Assembly: GCA_964016885.1 (NCBI GenBank)
Contig: OZ024742.1
Coordinates: 32,488,001-32,552,000, forward strand
Length of the DNA stretch: 64,000 bases
Source of the DNA: Eledone cirrhosa
Taxonomy: Eukaryota
Reading direction: 5' to 3'
The position numbers and the translations under genes were made by a program. Within the stretch, counting starts at the first letter, position 1. Each line of letters starts with the position of its first letter. Positions 26,745-41,126 of this stretch are shown piece after piece. The notes under the pieces are model-generated. The model was not told where the DNA came from, searched no databases, and saw only the letters and a program-made list of their open reading frames with translations.

Positions 26745-26883
26745 CCCTCTTCCTGCTATATCAAGCGTTAACCTAATATATCCCTTCCATATACTGTACC
26801 GATTGTGTTGTTATTTCTGTTTACCTTTTACATACATATATATATATATAGGAAAATGTGTGAGATCCTTTGATACAGTTAGG

Positions 26884-27039
26884 TATATTTGAAAAAAAGG
26901 AAAAGAATGACTTCACTTGTAGTGTTAAAATTTTTATGATTTAATGTTAAAATATATTATAATATTATATTATAACATTAAATCATACATTTTTTAACAC
27001 TACAAGTGAAGTCATTCTTTTCCTTTTTTTCAAATATAT
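26884..27039. repeat. Fold-back palindrome, ~66-bp arms, next to (TA)n
   Basis: tatatttgaaaaaaaggaaaagaatgacttcacttgtagtgttaaaa... is mirrored at 26973-27039. Confidence 0.85.
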
Positions 27040-27841
27040 ATATAGGAAGGGCATCCAACTGTAGAAAACCTGCCAGACAGTCCTATGCGAGCAAGACAAT
27101 CACTCTTGCCTCAAGTGGGACTACCCCCGTCCAAACCCATGCAAGCGTGGAACACGGACGTTAAACGTTGATGATGATGATGATGATGATGATAGCTGAT
27201 CCAGTAGCCTGTTACTCTGGAGTTTTCCTTGTGTATTGCTGGGAGACTCTAGATTAGCAATTGGCTGAGCTCTAGGGGCCAGACTCCAGCCATAAATGAT
27301 GGAGTTTTGGGTAATGTGTATGTATGTCTGTGTGGGTGTGTGTGGGTGCATGCGTGTACAGGCAGAAAGAAAAAGAATAACACAAAGAGATGGTTATGTA
27401 ACTCAGTAATCATGCCTGGTTATGTAATGTTGTCTACATGAAAATGAGTATGTGTTTGTGTATAAATGTATGTATGTTTGCATATATGTATGTATGTGTG
27501 TGTATATATGTGCATATATGTATGTGTATGTCAGTGCATATATGTATCAGTGTGTATGCCTGTGCATATATGTATATGTTTGTATGCCTGTGCATATATG
27601 TATATGTTTGTATGCCTGTACATATATATATATTATGAGTGTGGTTTAGTTTAGAAAAGTGTTGTGTAATTTCATTAGAAGAAAGTTACATCTTAATTCA
27701 GTGACACCCCCACATCTGCACCACCCCGCCCATCACTACCACAACCACTACACCCCATCTACCTGTACCAATATTCAGAATATTTAGAACTACAGGTACT
27801 TTTAAAAGAGTGCATGGCAATTAAATTTAGCAACACACAGC

Positions 27842-27899
<58 letters not shown>

Positions 27900-27939
27900 A
27901 CACACAATATAAATATAAATTTCTCTATCTCTCTCTCTC

Positions 27940-27999
<60 letters not shown>

Positions 28000-28057
28000 A
28001 GTTAAATCGAGGTAACCACAGTTAGTAAGGTACTCAATACATTAGTAGAGTGTAAAC

Positions 28058-28171
28058 ATGAAGTTTCATATAGAAATAGCTTCTACAGGACTAGAACTGT
28101 TTCATTCAAAAGAAATCATCAAAATGAAACAGTTCTACTCCTGTAGAAGCCATTTCTATATTAAACTTCAT
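28058..28171. repeat. Fold-back palindrome, ~49-bp arms, centred on a truncated hammerhead-like motif
   Basis: Arms atgaagtttcatatagaaatagcttctacaggactagaactgtttcatt and its reverse complement; minus strand reads tTGATGA-tttc(tttt)gaat-GAAA-cag-TT. Confidence 0.8.
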
Positions 28172-28589
28172 ATATAATAAGTAATAAACCAAGAATATAA
28201 GTCATATTATATCCAGTGTAAAAAACTTTATTTTTCATCATAATAAAATACCAATGTATGGAATTAAAACCTTGCAAAAATGAAAATATCCCTACATATA
28301 TTGCTTTTCAAATGGATCTGGGTCATCAGAAACTTCAAAATGCATAAAACCTTAAACCTTGACAAATTAGGAAGAGGACCATCTCCTATGTATTAATATT
28401 AAGGTGACATTATCATAACTGTTATGATAATATATGTAGGGATGTTTTCATTTTATTTTCACCAAGTACCTTCCCCACTTTGTAAAAGACATGTTTATTT
28501 GGTATGAACTAATTTCTTTTCAATGTTTACTGGAAATTTGCATATATCTATATATATAAATATTTAAAAAGTGCCCAGTTCACACTGTA

Positions 28590-30545
28590 AAGTGGTTTCA
28601 GGTAAAATTTCCTCCGGATGTCGGGTGCTTTTCGGAATTATTCCATCTGATGGTGTAATGGCATTACGCAATGCATAATCAAGGCATATCACAAAAAGAA
28701 AAGGGACCAGAGGATCTCCCTTGAAGACTCTGGTATCAATGGAGAATATGCCTGAGTTTCCCTTGCGTGTCATCACAAATGCTGATGGGGTCATGAATGC
28801 AAGAAGGATTTTGAGTCTCTGCTTTTGGTCAATCGAATCAAAAGCTTTCTTGAAATCTATGAATACAATTACTGCCTCCTTCTTGAGATTCCATATCTCC
28901 TCAACTATCCTTCTTTAGAGCCAAGATGTGGGAGGCAGTAGAGTGAACTGGCCGAAATCCATTTTCGCTGGAACGTATAATGTTGTCAATACTTGGTCTG
29001 ATCCTATTCAGGATCATCCTATTGTAAATCTTTGCTGCAATTTGTGTAAGATTAATGCTTCTATAGTTGGTATAGATGCTAAGATAAGCTTTCTTGGGTA
29101 TAGGTACTATTCCTCATATTCCCCATTCCCCAGGTTTTGATGTAGAAGTCTCTTAGAAACTTGTGAGCTTTGGGTAGTTTCCAGTTAGGGCATCAAACCC
29201 AGGAGCTTTGCTTGGTTTCATTACCTTTAGTGCATTGTCCACCTCTTCTATGGAGAACTCAGCAATGTTTATCTCTAGATGGACTTCAAATACTGAGTCA
29301 ATTGCTGTATCCGGCTCACAGCGATTGTCAGTTGACAGGAGTGTGTGGAAGTGTTCCTTAAATCACAAGACAGTCTTCCCCTTGGATATATACCACATTC
29401 TTCCTCTTCTTCTTACCAGAAAGTTCTTTTATCATTTTCCAAGCTTCTCTGGGTGGTGTTACTATTCTGAAAATCAGCCAGGGTTTGTTTGATTCTTTCA
29501 TCCTTCAGATGGTTGAAATGACAATACTGAATTCTTTTGTGATGCTGCACATCTGAAACTGTAGATTTGAAAGTGTCACTACTGACTGTAGCTATTGTTT
29601 CACTTTCTACAGTGGGTGTGGCTCGATGGAGGCATCATTGAAGGATTTCCCCATCCACTTCATAACAGATGAATACAAAAGAAGTGTAATTATTCTCTTC
29701 AGCTGGAAAGGATTCAAATTTATCAGCAATTGAGTCATCAATTGTTCTTGCAAGGTTGACACCTTCCCATACTGCCCTCCAGTAAAGCTGTTTCTAAAAG
29801 GATCTCCTGTTTGAGCGAAGGTTGAGTTTAACTTTGACTGTGATGATGTGATCTTCCCCCACAACCGAAGAGGAAATATCTGCTTGACAATCATTAATGC
29901 TGTTTCTCCATCATTTCCTGCAAATGATAAAATCAATTTGGGAAAGATGCCCAGCTGTGTATCATTTAGTTTCCATTTCGGTTTCTGGAAAGTGTTATTT
30001 CCAGCTAGGAGATTATGCTGATTAGAAACACTTTCTGTTAGTACTCTGGTGGGATAGAAATTTACATCTAATTTGAGTGTTGAAGTTTCCTCCAATAATT
30101 AGCATGGCATGAGGGGGAACTTCAGAGAGTGGCATTCGGTTGTTGGTAAAACTGTTCTGCTTCCTCTTCCGGCAGGTGATATGGGGGTAAATAACAACTT
30201 ATAGCAAGAGTTGGGGGGGTCCCTTGAATACTACTGTGACAATTCGGTCATTGACCTTAGTTATCTTTGTAAATAGAGGAAGGTGTGTTTCTACTATCAA
30301 ACCAACTCCTCCAATTGCAGCACTGATGTCATTTTTTTATGTTGATGCAGTAAAAAGAGTGTTCTTGCCGATGTTATGGGCAATTATGTCTGGATTATTT
30401 GCATAATCCTGCATGGGTGGTTGCCAAAGGGCAACCTGAGATTTGGTCCAGGAATGTTTATTTGATATATTCGCAGCTAACCTTCATATCTGAAGGTCAT
30501 TCCTCTATCAGCCACCTGAGGACCAGGTGCTATGGGAGTTATCTT
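28590..30545 (-). mobile_element. Degenerate RTE-like LINE (endonuclease and RT remnants)
   Basis: Minus-strand remnants of endonuclease motifs and RT motifs (IVFIDFKKAFDSID, GDPLVPFLFVICLDYALR); many indels. Confidence 0.7.
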
Positions 30546-33151
30546 CTCCTCGAACATATATGTATATATAGATGTGTGTGTGTATATATATATTGTTTAT
30601 TGTTAGCTAATTTGTATATCGATATAACAATGCTATAATACAGCAGAAATTCAAAATGTACATTTATGACTAACAATTCATTGTTGGTTTTGATGTAGCT
30701 TCTGTTGACTTACACATAACCATTTACTCAGACATATAAATATTTTTGCTTTAGAATTATGGGTAAATAATACACAGTATATTTTATTGAATGTTATAAA
30801 TAAATGCAGTGTAATGAAACAATGTTGATTTAGTGGTTAGTTCTCACTGTAGCATTTTCTGTTTTTTTTAATCAGTGACTAATTTATTTATTTGCCATAA
30901 AGGCACAAAAATGATTTGTATAGCACAAGGTCATGATAAAAAATACATTAAACAGGATTCTTTGTGCAGTACTGCAAACATTCTTGCACAGTGATGTCAA
31001 CTTGTGCAGTTGCAGATATTCTTGTGTATTATAATGTTCCTAACAGACAGAAATTTGCACTCTGTCTTGCTTATAACTACAAACATACTGAATGTTGACA
31101 ACAACAAACATGTACATGATTAACAGCTAATTCCATAAATCTCATATGAGGTTCAGTACATCTGGTTGAGTAAAAAATAAAATAACAAAAATGATAAAAA
31201 CAATATAATAAAAAATATCAGCCGACCTCAAAATAGTATCCTCTCATCTTCATCTCAACAAATTATTTCAACAAAATATTTGCTTGACAATTGCGTTAAA
31301 CTATTCTCTTTTGTTTCTAGAAATTTCAATAATCTTTCAAAAGGCCTCAATAAAAAAGAAAGGAAAAACACAGCCAACCAGCTTGCTTGCTTTATTTTCC
31401 TGGCAGCCATAAAAACCTGAAAAAACTGTGAAATCTTCAAAGCACAATGCTACAAAAAAAAAAAAAAAACCACCATGTTATACACACACACAGACTATGT
31501 GATCAGTGAGGATTCTTTGTGCAACACAGCAAACGTTCTTGCACAGTGATGTCAATTTGTGCAGTTCCAGATATTCTTGTGTATTATAATGTTCCTAACA
31601 TACTGAAATTTACACTCTGTCTTGCATATAACTACAAACATGTACATGATTGCAGCCAATTCCATAACACTAACAATTAAACCGGTCATATCTGGAAAGA
31701 ATTCTCTCACCTCTTTCTGTTCAAACCAGCCATAAACTGGCTTCTCATACTGGTGTTAACCCTTGCCTTTCATCCTTACGGGGTCGATAAAATAAAGTAC
31801 CAGTAATGTACTGGGTAATTGCTGGCCTTGTGCCAAAAAGTAGAAACAATTATTTCATATATACTATTATATTTTCATGGTAAAGGCTTTACGTCACATA
31901 ATTACCTCACATAATATCGAATCTATGAGATTTTGAAAGTATTTAGTTTGAGAACAATACCTTAACATCAGTTTGAGTGACCAGTTACAGCCAGTTTCAA
32001 CAGAAAGGGGTAGAGAATTCTGGCCGGTTTTGGCCGGTTTGAACACTAAATGGTTAAGGTATTGTTCTCAAAATAAATATCATCAAAATCTCATAGAATC
32101 GATATTATGTGAGATAATTATATAAGATAAAGCCTTTACCACAAAAATACCATAGTATATATAGAGTAATGTAAATGATTTTCAATAATTTCTTGATAAC
32201 ATTTATGAAGCAACAAAATATTAAATTAAGTTTAATCAGTTACTTTCTTTGTGTTTCAAATAATACAATTTTGTGGATGATAACTATTATTTAGTAAATG
32301 CAAGGTTTTGTGAAATGTGATTCTCAGGGAGAAAGGTTTGTTCACAACACCTAACACATTCACAAAAGAGGCAACAAATCAATACCAATATGGCTACTTG
32401 ACATACAACTAAATTTACCTCATATCAAATCTTAAGAAAGGACACAAGATAATATAATCCTACTTAAGGTGGTGGGACCTATATATATATTTATTTATTT
32501 ATTTTTGGTGAAGGATTGAGGATTGAACAGTTATGGAGACCCTTTTATAAGTAAGAACAATATACGTTATGTTGGTATCACAAAACATCCAGCCCACACT
32601 GTAAAGTGGTTGTATAGGTGTCACAACAAAAAGCACCCAGCCCACAATGTAAAGTGCTCATGTAGGAGACACAGCAAAAAGTACCCAGCACACACTGTAA
32701 ATGTGGCTGGCATTAGGAATGGCATCCAGCTGTAGAAAACCAACCAGAAACAGTCCTATATGATTGAGACACGGACACCTGACCCAACTTGCCTCTAATT
32801 GGACAAACTCGTCTAACCCATGCTAACGTAGAAAATAGACATTAAATGTAATATGACAGCTGCAAGCTTAATAACATCTATGTTTCCCATACTAGTGATT
32901 GGTGTGGGCCAGGAGATGGGGAGACAATTGGAAGAACAAAAAAATATCCGTGATCTTGCTAATACTTGAGCAAATATAGTGGGAATATATATGAGACTGA
33001 GTATAGGTATATGGTTTATGTCTGGCTTTAGTTTGAGGTTGGCTTTGATTTTCTGGATGTATTTAATTACAGGTTAGGGTATCAAATGCTCTGAGTTGCA
33101 TGCATATATATATATATCAGGGTCTCATATATATTGTCCTTGTGTTCATTT

Positions 33152-33203
<52 letters not shown>

Positions 33204-33579
33204 TTATTATCATTATACACATTTGCTATGGTGGCATGAGTGAGATAGGGTATCACATTTTAAGACTAGACAGGTTGGAAAAAACATGTTTTGCTCGTGC
33301 ATTCCATTTTCACATGGTTTCTGCACATTACAGTGTGTAATTGGGTACATTTTTATTGTCGTACCAGTACCACCACAGTACTATATGGGATGGATGCATT
33401 TTATTGGGGCACTTGCAGATTGCACTAGATTCATTCCAATCTGACATTAAAACAAGGGTTGTGTCTTTAGCCAGATAGAGAGGGTGCTGAATAAAGGAGA
33501 GAAAATGTGAGCATGGGAGGAATGGCACTGTAGGAGTAGCGCCAGCTATATACAGCTTCCAGAGACACCCAACTGTGAG

Positions 33580-34295
33580 ACTTTATAGTGCAGTTGCATC
33601 TGTTGGGCTGTATAGTGTAATCGCATCTGTTGGGCTGCATAGAGCAGTTGCATCTGTTAGGCTGTATAGTGTAATTGCATCTGTTAGAATGTAAAGTACA
33701 ACTGCAAATACAACTGCTAGAATTTTTGTACAGTTGCATCTGTTGGTCTGAATAATGCAAATGCTTCTATTAGGCTTTATACTGCAATTGCAACATCATT
33801 TATTATGGTGTGTAGTGCAGTTGCATCTGCTGGTTTTATTGCATATTGCAACTGCATATTCTGAGCTTTATAATTTATACTACACATGTTAGGCTTATAG
33901 TGCAGTTGCATCTGTTAAATTTAATAATGCAATTGCATCTGCTGACTATATAATGAAACTATCTTTTAAACTCAATAATGTAGTTGCATCAATTAACTAT
34001 ATAATAGAGTTGCATCTTTTAGACCCTATAATGCAGTTGCATCTATTAATGTTATGATGTTGCTGCAACTGCTGACTGTATAACACAATTGCATCTATTG
34101 TGCTTTTGTTATGCTGTATAGAGCAATTGCATCTATTAGGCAGTATAATACAGTTGCATGTACTGTCATAATAATACAATTATACCTATTGGCATAAAAT
34201 GCAGTTGCATCTGCTGGCTACATAATGCAACTACATCTTTTATGTTTTATAATGCAACTACACCTGTTAGGTTGTGTAATGCAGTTGTATCTGTG
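33580..34295. repeat. Degenerate ~27-bp tandem repeat
   Basis: Recurring tatagtgcagttgcatctgttgggctg variants. Confidence 0.8.
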
Positions 34296-34334
34296 AAGCT
34301 TTTGACACCAATCCAGAGATCATGAATACAAACA

Positions 34335-34715
34335 ACCGAAATGGAATTCCTCCAAGGGTCTTTAGAGTAACGTTACTTGATAGAGTGTGTAGCTCAGAGA
34401 TCAGAGAGTGGCTTCAGGTAGAGCTACTACTCTCCGAATTAAGAGATCACAGCTCTGATACTACAGACATGTGGTTAGATTGTCTCAGGAAAGAATTGCT
34501 GGACAGGTTTTACAGGCAAAACCAACAGGTAGGAGGCCCAGCAATAGACCCCCAAGCAAGATGGTTGGATAACATCCACGAGCTTGGCTGGTCTTGCTTG
34601 GGGCTCCACCCAGATCAGTTGGAGACAGTTGCTTCTGACAGAACCTGTTGGAAGAAGTGTTTGAGGACTCTGCCTCCACGACCCTCTCAGGAATACCTAG
34701 CCGAAGAAGAAGACA
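34335..34715 (+). mobile_element. Degenerate RTE-clade LINE C-terminal fragment
   Basis: VTLLDRVCSSEIRE.LQVE, RWLDNI.EL.WS.LG, VASDR.CWK..L..LPPRP. Confidence 0.65.
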
Positions 34716-34813
34716 TTAATCCAACGTCTCCCACCACCAAAATACCTTAAATACCTCTACCCCTTTCTCTCTCATTCCTTCACATCTGTCCATCACAGAA
34801 TTAAAATATTCAA

Positions 34814-34845
<32 letters not shown>

Positions 34846-34944
34846 CCAGTACCCCCATTACCACCACCATCATCCCATCATCATAATCAATCTCACCACC
34901 ACCCTAATATTGTAATCAACACCACCAACATAATATCAATCTTC

Positions 34945-35722
34945 CCACCACCACCACCACCACCACCACACGAACAACATCATTATCATCATTGTCACCA
35001 CCACCACCACCACACGAACAACATCATTATCATCATTGTCACCACCACCACCACCACACGAACATCATTATTATCATCATTGTCACCACCACCACCACCA
35101 CACGAACAACATCATTATCATCATTGTCACCACCACCACCACCACCACCACACGAACATCATTATTATCATCATTGTCACCACCACCACCACACGAACAT
35201 CATTATTATCATCATTGTCACCACCACCACCACCACCACACGAACATCATTATTATCATCATTGTCACCACCACCACCACCACACGAACAACATCATTAT
35301 CATCATTGTCACCACTACCACCACCACACGAACAACATCATTATCACCATTGTCACCACCACCACCACCACACGAACAACATCATTATCATCATTGTCAC
35401 CACCACCACCACCACACGAACAACATCATTATCATCATTGTCACCACCACCACCACCACCACACGAACATCATTATTATCATCATTGTCACCACTACCAC
35501 CACCACACGAACAACATCATTATCATCATTGTCACCACCACCACCACCACCACACGAACAACATCATTATCACCACCACCACCACACGAACAACATCATT
35601 ATCACCATCACCACCACCACCACCACCACACGAACAACATCATTATCATCATTGTCACCACCACCACCACCACACGAACAACATCATTATCATCATTGTC
35701 ACCACCACCACCACCACCACCG
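34945..35722. repeat. Compound minisatellite (CAC)n-ACGAACAACATCATTATCATCATTGT
   Basis: Fixed spacer separated by variable CAC tracts. Confidence 0.92.
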
Positions 35723-37449
35723 TTGTCTGTTTTTGGCAGGTGTATGGTTTGCATAGTTGTTCACATGGCTGCACTCCAGTAATGCACCACTGCCACTACA
35801 ATCACCCTTATCAGCACCACCACAACTATCACCCCCCCCCCCCCCCCTACCACCACTACTAAAACTAGTGCTGCCGCCGCCAACAACAACAACAACATAA
35901 TTATTACAACTACCATTACAGCTGATAATAATACCATCCCCACCCACATATTCACCCTTATTACAACCATACCACCACCATTGCACCTGCAACCACCAGC
36001 AATAATATCGAATCTATGAGATTTTGATATTATTTATTTTGAGAACAATACCTCAACATCAGTATGAGCAGTTGATTACAGCCGGTTTGAACAGAAAGAG
36101 GTGAGAAAATTCTGGCCAGATATGGCCGGGTTAAAAGCTAAAGGATTAAACATATAAGTAGATTGAATAATTGATACCAAAATGGAACTAATTCATTAAC
36201 ATTAATTTAGGATACAGAATCTGCAAACTCCTCACCAACGATCCTAGGTATCCTCCTTCTCTTGTATTTTTCTTATATTAACCTCAAGTGGGCAACTTCT
36301 ACAAAGATCATGTTTTTAATATGTGATCCCAAACAACAAACTCCAGCCAGTTGTGTTTTAATTTCATGGCAGTTTTTATTTTTAGGTTCCACCATCTTTC
36401 TCAATATATTCTCTATTCTTATTTTCATCTTCTGTAGTGCATTCCAGACTGTTCTGGCTTCGACATCATGTCTCATGGGAAGTGTATGTGTGTGTGAATG
36501 CACATATGTGTGCATGTATTATGTTTGTAAGCTGGAGAAAGGGTCTCAACAGCATTGCGTTTATTATGGTGTCACATAGAGGGATGCAACTTAACACATT
36601 GGTTAATATGTATTTATGTATACACCCACACATACAACTATAATAATAATAATAATAATAATGAAATTATTGTGTAAAGTGCTCAGGTGCACTACAACTC
36701 GTCAATATAGTACATAGAATAATACACAAATGTCAGGGAAGTACATGTGTGTATGTGTTAGCTGTTCTGTTGGCGGATCTCGGGAAGCATGGAGGCCTTA
36801 AAGGATGCAGTGTCTCGACAGCTAACAACTGTATATATGCATGGACAAATAGATGGTTCTTACATAAAATTATATTGGAAGATTTTAATTTAAGCAGGAA
36901 CCCTTTAAAATTGCTACTTTTATTTCATAGAACCAGAGCCAGATTTGGCCAGATTGGTAACAAAAGGGATAAATGAGTACCCATTAAAATAAGTAATTTT
37001 GTTTCATAGAACATGAGCCAGCTTTGACAGGAATGGTATCAAAGGATTTAGCACCAGTTTAGCTGTAAATCGGTTTTGATTGATGATGACAAGATGAAAG
37101 CAAGAATTCTATGAACTGGTGGCACCAGATATTTCTTTGACAATGCTAAATCAATATTCTTTTGTAGAACTCACCAAATATATCTGAAATACAGTAAGTA
37201 CTAAATGGTAGTTACTGTTACTAACTGTTGTCATGGCAGTTATAACCAGTGTGAGTAGTAGCAGCTATCAGGTGTGTGTGTGTGTGTGGGGGGGGGGGTT
37301 ATGACTGCAATAAGAAGGAATAGCCATCACTATAACTGGACTCAATAGAACTAATCTTACCATTTATGTCTGGACTCAATAGTACATCTTACCAGTTATG
37401 ATACATCTTGTCAGTGGTTAATATTAGGATCAAATATTTATTCTAATTA

Positions 37450-39136
37450 CACTGTGTAACAAAAAAATTTTTTTTCTCTGTTCCTGGCTTGTAATCACTT
37501 TTTTGTGTTGCTTAGATCCCAAATAAAAAAAAAAGGTGCTATTAAACAGTTAAAAGTTGGGGTTTGTAAAAATTCTAAGCTATTCACTAGAATTATTTGT
37601 ATGCTGGATTTTACGTTGTATGTAAGTTTAATTTACTTATGTTAAATGATTTTTTTCTATATGTTTCAGGTTAAATTAAAATTATAAAATAGATAGAAAT
37701 ACCTAAAGAAAATTAAAAAAGTGCAATAAAGTATAAAATTGTTAAAACGTGGATTAAAGAGATTTATTGATACTGGATTTTTGCACCCTGAATAAAGGGT
37801 CAGTTGTGTTTTAAGCATTCGTCTCCAGGATGAAGCAGTGGAACTTGGTCATGGACGAAGTGCAGGTGACAAGTCAGAGAAGTCGACACAACCTTCCTCA
37901 GGCTTTTATACTCTTAGGGATGGCCTCTGCTTCTACCATGACGTGCCTGGACTGTTTGACGTTATTGGGGTGCCGTTTGTGCCCAAGGAGTGGCGGCTAT
38001 TTATAGACAGCTCCACCACAAGTTTGAAGGCTGTCCTCCTCCACAATGGAAACAAGTTCTCCTAGCTCATTCAGTCTGCCTGAAGGAAGATTACTACAGT
38101 GTGAAAGTCCTCTTGGAAGCTCTGCAATACAACCAGTACAATTGGGAAATCATTGGAGACTTCAAGATGGTGGCTTTCCTGCTTGGACTCCAAGGAGGCT
38201 TTATCAAATTCCAATGCTTCCTCTGCCTTTGGGACAGCAGAGCCACCTCTGACCACTACAAAAGAAAGAACTGGGAGCAGCGAACAGTATTTGTAGTTGG
38301 GACCCAGAACGTCATGTGGGAGCCACTGGTTGATCCCAAGATTGTGCTCATGCCGCCACTGCACATTAAGTTGGGGTTGATGAAGCAGGCTCTCAACCAA
38401 GAATCAGCCGCTTTTAAGTACCTTCTTGAGTTCTTCCCCAAGTTATCTGAGGCCAAAATCAAAGGTGAAATTTTTGTTGGACCTCAGATAAAGAAGGTGT
38501 TTGAATCTACCGAGTTCTCCAATCTTATTGAGAGAACAGCATGGAACTGTTTCAAGGCAGTTGTTAAGGGCTTCCTGGGCAATTACAGAGCTGAAAACTA
38601 CCAGCAACTGGTGCAGGATCTGATAAAGGCTTTTGGCGCCATGGGATGCAGGATGTCGCTTAAACTCCATATGCTGGACGCTCACCTGGAAAAATTCAAG
38701 GACAATATGGGTGCCTACTCAGAAGAACAAGGCGAACGATTCTACCAAGATGTGAAAGAAATAGAGCGGAGGTACCAGGGCCACTACAATGAAAACATGA
38801 TGGGGGACTAGTGCGGGAATGCGACCTGGACTACAACCGCAAATCCGGTCATTTCTAACGTGTATAAGTTGCTTTATAAGTATTATTTGTTTTTACTTGT
38901 TTGCTTTTGATAAGCTTGTGTAATAAAATAAATATATACTCTGTTGAGATATGAACTGATAAATTCTTTTTAAATGTGTTTTTTCTTGAAAAGTATGAAA
39001 ATTTCGAAATATCAAACTCCTAACTACAAACCCAAACTTCTGATTAAATAATAGTGTTTTTTTATAATAGTGTTTTTTTATAACAAACCAGGAAATGACA
39101 CTTAGAACAGGGGAACAAAAAATATGTTACACGGTG
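37450..39136 (+). mobile_element. Chapaev3-type (CMC superfamily) DNA transposon, internally deleted
   Basis: TTA|CACTGTGTAACA...TGTTACACGGTG|TTA: imperfect TIRs starting CAC with a 3-bp TTA duplication; contains a transposase remnant. Confidence 0.82.
37895..38860 (+). pseudogene. Chapaev3-like DDE transposase, C-terminal portion with frameshifts
   Basis: EWRLFIDSS..SLKAVLLHNGNK / GDFKMVAFLLGLQGG..KFQCFLCLWDSR / PPLHIKLGLMKQ / HMLDAHL / SEEQGERFYQD..RYQG. Confidence 0.85.
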
Positions 39137-39710
39137 TTAAGCAAGTTTTGGAGGGAGTGTTCAATATACAAAATCGCATAATATCATGAAAGGCCATTAA
39201 ATAAAAATAATTTAGCAGTATTTAATAGAATCAAAACACAGTACTAAAGGAAGCAGTTTCGATTGGATTCAATGATACACGTTATCAGTTATGACTGAAT
39301 TCAATAGTATATCTTACGAATTATAACAGTACCCAATGTTTCAAGTTGAGTAAAGGGAGATAACTACAATATTATTGGAATTATCTCATTTGGTTACTGT
39401 AAATGCAAATCTTTTCTGGAAAATAATTCAAATAAAAAAAGTAGTAAAAATTAATCATTTAATTAAATAGTACATATCATTTACCTTTATGTGGTCCGTT
39501 GGACTGCTAGAAAAGGCAACCTTTAAAACAGGCCAAACGATGTGAAGGGGAAAAAAGGGTGATGGGATCAAAGATTCCATTATGGGCCGACGGTCTAAAT
39601 AGTGCTGTTGTAAGATTTATGCCTAGCTAACACATACACACACACCAATACCTTCATCGTTTTTACAGCACCCACCCTGCTTTTACATATTAGCATTATA
39701 TATATATATA

Positions 39711-39924
39711 TATATTTAAAGGATAACAAGGACGATTGGTTACTCCTTCATTACATTACGGACCCTTTAAAATGCATTTTAAAGGGTCCGTCGAGCTGCC
39801 GATCATTGAGTCAGGTAGGATCGGTACAGATCGAACCTTGAGCTGATCAGTGGCGAAACGCGCGTCACCTACCAATAAATGTAATGAAAGAGTAACCAAT
39901 TGTCCTTGTTATCCTTTAAATATA
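39711..39924. repeat. Nested inverted repeat: ~47-bp outer arms plus a perfect 34-bp inner palindrome
   Basis: Outer tttaaaggataacaaggacgattggttactc... and its reverse complement; inner acggaccctttaaaatgcattttaaagggtccgt; GAAACGCGCGTC at 39855-39866. Confidence 0.85.
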
Positions 39925-40473
39925 TTACACTCTGTATAGCTCTACACCTCATCACAGAAGTGAACCTAAACATCGAGTGCTCTCCCGGGTGAACCTGCAG
40001 TAACTCCAAATTACACCCCCCTGGATATATATATATATATATATAGACTAATATATATATATATATATATATTGGTCTACACATCGATACTTTTGCTTTC
40101 TGAAACAATAGATTATGTAACTACCTCACCTGGTTATTCTTATTCTTTTCTAGTTTAACCAGTAAATCCCTCAACTTACACACTCACTGCTCTATGTTAT
40201 GTAATAGATACCTTGCACACATACACACACACACCACCACCGTCACAACGACCACCACTACCACTATTACTGCTAAAATTTCCATAACCACAAGTCACCA
40301 GAAACTAACAAGGATACTCTAAACCCTGACCTACATTTCATCAACACTCATACACACTCATGCGGCTTTACTCTCTCTCTCACCCTCATACACACATACA
40401 TATATATATACACACACATATATATATGTTTCTTAGATGTCTATCTCTCTCTATATATATATAACAGGAATGG

Positions 40474-40507
<34 letters not shown>

Positions 40508-40532
40508 AATATTTATACATACACACACACAC

Positions 40533-40572
<40 letters not shown>

Positions 40573-40637
40573 TGAAATTTCCGTTGAAAACAGAAAAGGT
40601 CATAGAAGTGAAGAGTGCTCTATGTAAGTATCAGAGC

Positions 40638-40678
<41 letters not shown>

Positions 40679-41126
40679 GGTTTAACAAGGTTCAATGAAT
40701 TAATCAATGAATAAAGTTTCACAATCGATCTCTCGCTTCCTCTATATGCAATAATGAGGTATGCATATCTTATTTAAAATTTTAACAGTTATGTAAGTTT
40801 ATGTATTATATATTATTAGTTATTTATTATTATATATCTTTATACACATTCTCATACGTACCCTCTGTATTATATGTAATTTTTCAACTGAAGGTATATA
40901 CACCATTTCCTCTCCCAATTAGCATAATCAACCACACAAAAAACCAATTAAACCAGGCTATAAGATTAAAAGGCACCTATGAAGAAATAGTAGATAAATA
41001 GACGACAGCCATCTATTCGCGATCAACTGCTATAGAATATTTACCCAACATTTCAATAGCACGTGAAAATCGATTAAATATACCGTCAACCATACACAAT
41101 TATATATATATATAAACATGCATATA

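Noticed and set aside
34992-35862. His/Pro/Thr-rich ORFs in three frames
   Set aside because: Compound (CAC)n/(CAT)n repeat artefact
36200-36480. Minus-strand 80-aa ORF as a host exon or Tc1/mariner remnant
   Set aside because: No clear splice signals and only vague transposase similarity
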